Part shown: positions 31,360-40,000 of the stretch, piece by piece
Layout: every line of letters begins with the position of its first letter
Numbering within the stretch: position 1 is the first letter of the stretch
Source: Pseudocitrobacter corydidari
Lineage (GTDB): Bacteria > Pseudomonadota > Gammaproteobacteria > Enterobacterales > Enterobacteriaceae
Length of the DNA stretch: 40,000 nt
Direction: 5' to 3'
Assembly: GCF_021172065.1 (NCBI RefSeq)
Contig: NZ_CP087880.1
Coordinates: 639,111-679,110 of the forward strand
Notes under the pieces: model-generated
Seen by the model: only the letters and a program-made list of their open reading frames with translations
Told to the model about the DNA's origin: nothing
Databases searched by the model: none
Program-made: the position numbers and the translations under genes

Positions 31360-32766
31360 ATGTCCAAGCAACAGATCGGCGTAGTCGGTATGGCAGTGAT
31401 GGGGCGCAACCTGGCGCTCAACATCGAAAGCCGTGGTTATACCGTCTCCATCTTTAACCGCTCCCGTGAAAAAACTGAAGAAGTTGTTGCCGAAAATCCA
31501 GGCAAAAAACTGGTTCCTTATTACACGGTACAGGAATTCGTCGAATCTCTTGAAACCCCTCGTCGTATCCTGTTGATGGTGAAAGCAGGCGCGGGCACCG
31601 ATGCCGCGATTGACTCCCTGAAACCGTATCTCGATAAAGGCGACATCATCATTGATGGTGGTAACACCTTCTTCCAGGACACCATTCGCCGTAACCGTGA
31701 GCTGTCTGCTGAAGGTTTCAACTTCATCGGTACCGGTGTTTCCGGTGGTGAAGAGGGCGCACTGAAAGGCCCATCCATCATGCCTGGTGGTCAGAAAGAA
31801 GCCTATGAGCTGGTGGCCCCAATCCTGACTAAAATTGCTGCGGTTGCTGAAGATGGCGAACCGTGTGTGACCTATATTGGAGCAGATGGCGCGGGTCACT
31901 ACGTGAAAATGGTGCACAACGGTATCGAATACGGTGATATGCAGCTGATCGCAGAAGCGTATTCTCTGCTGAAAGGTGGCCTGAACCTGTCTAATGATGA
32001 GCTGGCAAAAACCTTCACCGAGTGGAATGAAGGCGAACTGAGCAGCTATCTGATCGATATCACCAAAGATATCTTCACCAAAAAAGATGAAGACGGTAAC
32101 TATCTGGTTGATGTGATTCTGGATGAAGCAGCTAACAAAGGTACCGGTAAGTGGACCAGCCAGAGCTCCCTGGATCTCGGTGAGCCGCTGTCCCTGATCA
32201 CCGAGTCCGTATTCGCGCGCTATATCTCCTCTCTGAAAGATCAGCGTGTTGCAGCCTCTAAAGTGCTTTCCGGCCCTAAAGCGGAACTGGCTGGCGACAA
32301 AGCGGCGTTCGTTGAGAAAGTACGCCGTGCGCTGTATCTCGGTAAAATCGTTTCTTACGCGCAGGGTTTCTCTCAGCTGCGTGCCGCGTCTGACGAATAC
32401 AACTGGGATCTAAACTACGGTGAAATCGCGAAGATCTTCCGTGCTGGTTGCATCATTCGTGCGCAGTTCCTGCAGAAGATCACCGATGCCTACGCTGAAA
32501 ATGCCGGTATTGCTAACCTGCTGTTGGCGCCGTACTTCAAAAATATCGCTGATGAGTATCAGCAGGCGCTGCGTGACGTGGTTGCCTACGCTGTGCAGAA
32601 CGGTATTCCGGTGCCGACCTTCGGTGCTGCGGTTGCCTACTATGACAGCTACCGTTCTGCGGTACTGCCGGCTAACCTGATTCAGGCTCAGCGTGACTAT
32701 TTCGGTGCGCACACGTATAAACGTACTGATAAAGAAGGTGTATTCCATACCGAATGGTTGGACTAA
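31360..32766 (+). CDS. gnd: 6-phosphogluconate dehydrogenase, decarboxylating
   Basis: 468 aa. [30 protein letters not shown]... is essentially the E. coli/Salmonella Gnd sequence. SD AGGAG. Confidence 0.99.
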   Translation: MSKQQIGVVGMAVMGRNLALNIESRGYTVSIFNRSREKTEEVVAENPGKKLVPYYTVQEFVESLETPRRILLMVKAGAGTDAAIDSLKPYLDKGDIIIDGGNTFFQDTIRRNRELSAEGFNFIGTGVSGGEEGALKGPSIMPGGQKEAYELVAPILTKIAAVAEDGEPCVTYIGADGAGHYVKMVHNGIEYGDMQLIAEAYSLLKGGLNLSNDELAKTFTEWNEGELSSYLIDITKDIFTKKDEDGNYLVDVILDEAANKGTGKWTSQSSLDLGEPLSLITESVFARYISSLKDQRVAASKVLSGPKAELAGDKAAFVEKVRRALYLGKIVSYAQGFSQLRAASDEYNWDLNYGEIAKIFRAGCIIRAQFLQKITDAYAENAGIANLLLAPYFKNIADEYQQALRDVVAYAVQNGIPVPTFGAAVAYYDSYRSAVLPANLIQAQRDYFGAHTYKRTDKEGVFHTEWLD

Positions 32767-32784
32767 TCCTAAATAAATAATGAA

Positions 32785-32809
32785 AGCCCGGCGATGCCGG
32801 GTTTTTTTT
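32785..32809 (+). terminator. Rho-independent terminator of gnd
   Basis: AAAGCCCGGCgatGCCGGG followed by a run of eight T. Confidence 0.85.
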
Positions 32810-32840
32810 GCGCCAAATTCTTATTGCTTTATAGTCTCGT

Positions 32841-32857
32841 CTTAATATTAACTTAAT
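32841..32857 (+). promoter_or_regulatory. PmrA (BasR) box in the ugd promoter region
   Basis: CTTAAT-ATTAA-CTTAAT is a perfect direct repeat with 5-nt spacing. It fits the published PmrA consensus YTTAAK-N5-YTTAAK. It lies 141-157 nt upstream of the ugd ATG. ugd (pmrE) is a known PmrA target in Salmonella. Confidence 0.6.
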
Positions 32858-32997
32858 ATCGATGATTTATGCTCTCTGAAGAAAGTCCGAATTGTTTGTA
32901 ATTCTATTGCAGTGAATGCGCTTACGAGTTAAAAAATTTTAAACGTATTGATGTGATATCACATTATAAATAATTAAGTTTATTCTGAGAGAGTACA

Positions 32998-34164
32998 ATG
33001 AAAGTCACCATCTCTGGTACAGGCTATGTCGGCCTCTCGAACGGCCTGCTGATCGCGCAACACCACGACGTCGTAGCGCTGGACATCATTCCTTCACGTG
33101 TGGATATGCTCAATGAGCGTGTCTCGCCCATTGTTGACAAGGAGATCCAGCAGTATCTGCGCTCAGGGGAGCTGCGTTTTACCGCAACCACTGATAAATA
33201 CCTTGCCTATCAGAATGCTGATTACGTTATTATCGCGACGCCAACGGATTACGACCCTAAAACTAACTATTTCAATACGTCCAGCGTTGAGTCGGTAATT
33301 CAGGATGTTATTGAGATTAATCCGCAGGCCGTCATGATTATTAAATCAACGGTGCCGGTAGGTTTTACGGATTCGGTGAAGAAAAAATATGCCACCGATA
33401 ATATTATTTTCTCGCCAGAATTTCTGCGCGAAGGTAAGGCGCTTTACGATAACCTGCACCCTTCACGGATCGTGATTGGTGAGCGTTCAGAGCGCGCAGA
33501 ACGTTTTGCCCGGATGCTCCAGCAGGGGGCGATTAAGCAAGACATCCCCACGTTGTTTACCGATTCGACGGAAGCTGAAGCAATTAAACTCTTTGCCAAT
33601 ACCTACCTGGCAATGCGCGTAGCTTACTTCAATGAATTAGATAGCTATGCTGAAAGCCTTGGCCTCAACACCCGCCAAATCATTGAAGGTGTCTGCCTGG
33701 ACCCTCGCATCGGCAATCATTACAACAACCCTTCATTTGGTTACGGTGGCTACTGCCTGCCGAAGGATACCAAGCAACTGCTGGCGAACTACCAGTCGGT
33801 GCCTAACAACATCATCTCTGCGATTGTTGACGCTAACCGCACGCGTAAAGACTTTATCGCAGACGCGATTCTGGCGCGTAAACCGAAAGTTGTCGGTATC
33901 TACCGCCTGATTATGAAAAGCGGCTCCGATAACTTCCGTGCCTCCTCCGTACAGGGCATCATGAAACGTCTGAAAGCGAAGGGGATAACGGTGATTGTGT
34001 ATGAACCGGTGATGAAAGAGGATGAATTCTTCAGCTCACGCGTGGTTCATGATCTGGAAGCGTTTAAACAGGAAGCGGATGTTATCGTTTCTAACCGTAT
34101 GGCCGAAGAGTTAACGGACGTAGCAGAGAAAATCTACACGCGCGATCTTTTTGGCAACGATTAA
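32998..34164 (+). CDS. ugd: UDP-glucose 6-dehydrogenase
   Basis: 388 aa. N-terminal [16 protein letters not shown] Rossmann motif and catalytic region [10 protein letters not shown]. Confidence 0.98.
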   Translation: MKVTISGTGYVGLSNGLLIAQHHDVVALDIIPSRVDMLNERVSPIVDKEIQQYLRSGELRFTATTDKYLAYQNADYVIIATPTDYDPKTNYFNTSSVESVIQDVIEINPQAVMIIKSTVPVGFTDSVKKKYATDNIIFSPEFLREGKALYDNLHPSRIVIGERSERAERFARMLQQGAIKQDIPTLFTDSTEAEAIKLFANTYLAMRVAYFNELDSYAESLGLNTRQIIEGVCLDPRIGNHYNNPSFGYGGYCLPKDTKQLLANYQSVPNNIISAIVDANRTRKDFIADAILARKPKVVGIYRLIMKSGSDNFRASSVQGIMKRLKAKGITVIVYEPVMKEDEFFSSRVVHDLEAFKQEADVIVSNRMAEELTDVAEKIYTRDLFGND

Positions 34165-34180
34165 CTCAAATTATTGACAA

Positions 34181-34217
34181 GCTGAATGCCTTACGCGACG
34201 GGCGTTCAGCCTTTTTT
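34181..34217 (+). terminator. Rho-independent terminator of ugd
   Basis: GCTGAATGCC ttacgcgacg GGCGTTCAGC forms a 10-bp stem with one G-U pair, followed by CTTTTTTC. Confidence 0.8.
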
Positions 34218-34330
34218 CTTATTCTTTTCAGGTTTCTCTGTTTTTGGTGAAAATCCTATAGAAATTCAGAATGGTCCAGGTAAACTGATGCCTTCGTGGG
34301 TATTTCTGTTCGGATGTCACTAAGGTTTAT

Positions 34331-35308
34331 ATGATTCAAGATAACAATAATGGGCGCAACGGGTATGAGCGTGAGCCGGAGCAGGTCGACCTTATCGATT
34401 TGTTAATGCAGCTCTGGCGAGGCAAGTTGACCATCATCGTGTGCGTCATCGTCGCTATAGCCATTGCTTTGGCCTATGTTTTTCTAGCGAAAGAGAAATG
34501 GACCTCAACCGCGACTATCACGCGTCCTGATGCCGCGCAGATAGCGACCTACCATAACGCGATAAATACGTTGGATTCATCAATTACCTTATCCGACGTT
34601 CAAAACCAGGTGATTAACCGTTTCAACTCCGCATTTATTGCTTTGACAGAAGCACTGGATAATCAGGAAGAGCCTGAGAAGCTGACTATTGAGCCGTCTG
34701 TTAAAGGACAGCAACTGCCACTTACCGTGACTTACGTAAGTGACACCGCTCAGTCCGCCCAACGCGGTGTAGCCGAATACATCCAAAAAATCGACGAACA
34801 AATCGCCGACGAACTGGAGCTTGACCTTAACGACACCATTAAACTGCGTGTGATGAACATTAAGGACGATCTGGAAAACCAGGAGACCGTTGCTCAGGAA
34901 CAAAAAGACCTGCGTATTAAGCAGATCACCGAATCTCTGAAGTATGCGCAGAAAAGTAACGTCACCAAACCGCAGCTTCAGCAGACGCAGGATGTTACAC
35001 AGGAAACCATGTTCCTGTTGGGGACTGAAGCGCTGGGCGCAATGGTAGCCAACGAAGCCAGCCGTCCGCTGACGTTTGGCGCAGGTTATTATGCGCTGAA
35101 GAAAAATCTGCTCGATATCGAAAAGCTGAAAGTCGATCCGAAAACCATTCACGTCTACCGTTACGTGATGAAGCCGACGCTGCCAATCCGTCGCGACAGC
35201 CCGAAACGTGGCCTGACGCTGGTCCTGGCGGTGCTGCTGGGCGGGATGATTGGTGCCGGTGTTGTGCTGGGCCGCAACGCACTGCGTAACTACAAAGCCA
35301 AAGCGTAA
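34331..35308 (+). CDS. wzzB: O-antigen chain-length determinant (polysaccharide co-polymerase PCP-1)
   Basis: 325 aa. Has N- and C-terminal TM segments. Conserved blocks: EQVDLIDLLMQLWRGK, EEPEKLTIEPSVKGQQLPLTV, YRYVMKPTLPIRRDSPK and LGGMIGAGVVLGRNALRNY. Confidence 0.96.
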   Translation: MIQDNNNGRNGYEREPEQVDLIDLLMQLWRGKLTIIVCVIVAIAIALAYVFLAKEKWTSTATITRPDAAQIATYHNAINTLDSSITLSDVQNQVINRFNSAFIALTEALDNQEEPEKLTIEPSVKGQQLPLTVTYVSDTAQSAQRGVAEYIQKIDEQIADELELDLNDTIKLRVMNIKDDLENQETVAQEQKDLRIKQITESLKYAQKSNVTKPQLQQTQDVTQETMFLLGTEALGAMVANEASRPLTFGAGYYALKKNLLDIEKLKVDPKTIHVYRYVMKPTLPIRRDSPKRGLTLVLAVLLGGMIGAGVVLGRNALRNYKAKA

Positions 35309-35324
35309 CGCTTACGGCAGATAA

Positions 35325-35351
35325 CAAAAAAACCGGGCTCGCCCGGTTTTT
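35325..35351. terminator. Bidirectional rho-independent terminator shared by wzzB and the his operon
   Basis: AAAAAAACCGGGctcgCCCGGTTTTTTT: a GC stem flanked by an A-run and a T-run, between convergent genes. Confidence 0.9.
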
Positions 35352-35368
35352 TTATGCCTGATGAAAAC

Positions 35369-35961
35369 TTACTGGTGGCGTTTGCGCAGGTTCTCAATCA
35401 CGGTCGTCAAATCAAGATCCTGATCCTGCAACAACACCAGCAGGTGATACATCAAATCCGACGCTTCATTGGTCAGCTCAAAGCGGTCTTTCACCGTCGC
35501 CGCCAGTGCGGTTTCTACACCTTCTTCACCCACTTTCTGCGCGATGCGTTTGGTGCCGCTGGCGTACAGGCGTGCGGTGTAGGAGCTTTCCGGGTCAGCG
35601 GTTTTGCGCTCGGCCAGCAGTTGTTCCAGTTGATACAGGAACAACCACTGGTGGCTGGCGTCGCCGAAGCAGCTGGAGGTGCCTTTGTGGCAGGTTGGGC
35701 CAATCGGGTTGACCAGCACCAGCAGCGTGTCGTTGTCGCAGTCGGGCGTGATGCTCACCACATTCAGGAAATGGCCGGAGGTTTCACCTTTGGTCCACAA
35801 ACGTTCTTTGGTGCGGGAGTAAAACGTCACTTTGCCGGACGACTCTGTCTGCGCCAGCGCCTCTTTATTCATGTAGCCCAGCATTAATACTTCGCCGGAA
35901 ACCGCGTGTTGTACGATGGCGGGCATCAGTCCGTCGGTTTTTTCCCAGTCCAGTTGTTCAG

Positions 35962-35968
<7 letters not shown>
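35369..35968 (-). CDS. hisI: Bifunctional phosphoribosyl-AMP cyclohydrolase / phosphoribosyl-ATP pyrophosphatase
   Basis: 199 aa. [34 protein letters not shown]...[11 protein letters not shown] matches HisIE. Confidence 0.98.

Positions 35969-40000
<4,032 letters not shown>

Noticed and set aside
32951-32964. CRP site interpretation of the TGTGATATCACA palindrome
   Set aside because: The CRP consensus needs a 6-nt spacer between TGTGA and TCACA, and here the spacer is 2 nt. The palildrome is kept only as an unexplained palindrome.
35354-35887. 177-aa plus-strand ORF antisense to hisIE
   Set aside because: It begins inside the terminator T-run and is antisense to a clear hisI. It is a shadow ORF.

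Overview
This window is an enterobacterial chromosomal polysaccharide super-locus of the Escherichia/Citrobacter/Salmonella type; the species cannot be fixed from the sequence alone. No tRNA, rRNA, CRISPR array, IS element, integrase, prophage or recognisable defence genes were found.

Gene order, left to right:
- 5' part of yegH (minus strand, runs off the window).
- A long regulatory leader carrying a JUMPStart/ops element.
- A complete, intact 20-gene colanic acid cluster: wza-wzb-wzc-wcaABCDEF-gmd-fcl-gmm-wcaI-manC-manB-wcaJ-wzxC-wcaKLM.
- galF.
- A second JUMPStart/ops element.
- A compact, strongly AT-rich six-gene O-antigen cluster (25950-31269).
- gnd, ugd and wzzB.
- The distal his operon (hisIE-F-A-H-B and partial hisC), converging on the minus strand.

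REP/BIME repeats sit in three colanic-acid intergenic gaps. Rho-independent terminators follow galF, gnd, ugd and the wzzB/hisI pair.

The accessory part is the galF-gnd cluster. It encodes:
- a teichoic-acid-style CDP-glycerol module (TagD-like cytidylyltransferase plus TagB/TagF-like glycerophosphotransferase);
- two GT2 glycosyltransferases;
- a Wzy-like polymerase.

It has no recognisable Wzx (MOP) flippase and no ABC exporter. Instead a 248-aa, roughly six-TM protein is translationally coupled to wzy. From memory it resembles the Amj/DUF2837 lipid II flippase family. This is the most interesting candidate in the window and needs HMM and experimental confirmation.

All functional calls come from reading the supplied translations and motifs and from my recollection of E. 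coli and Salmonella orthologues. No database search was run.
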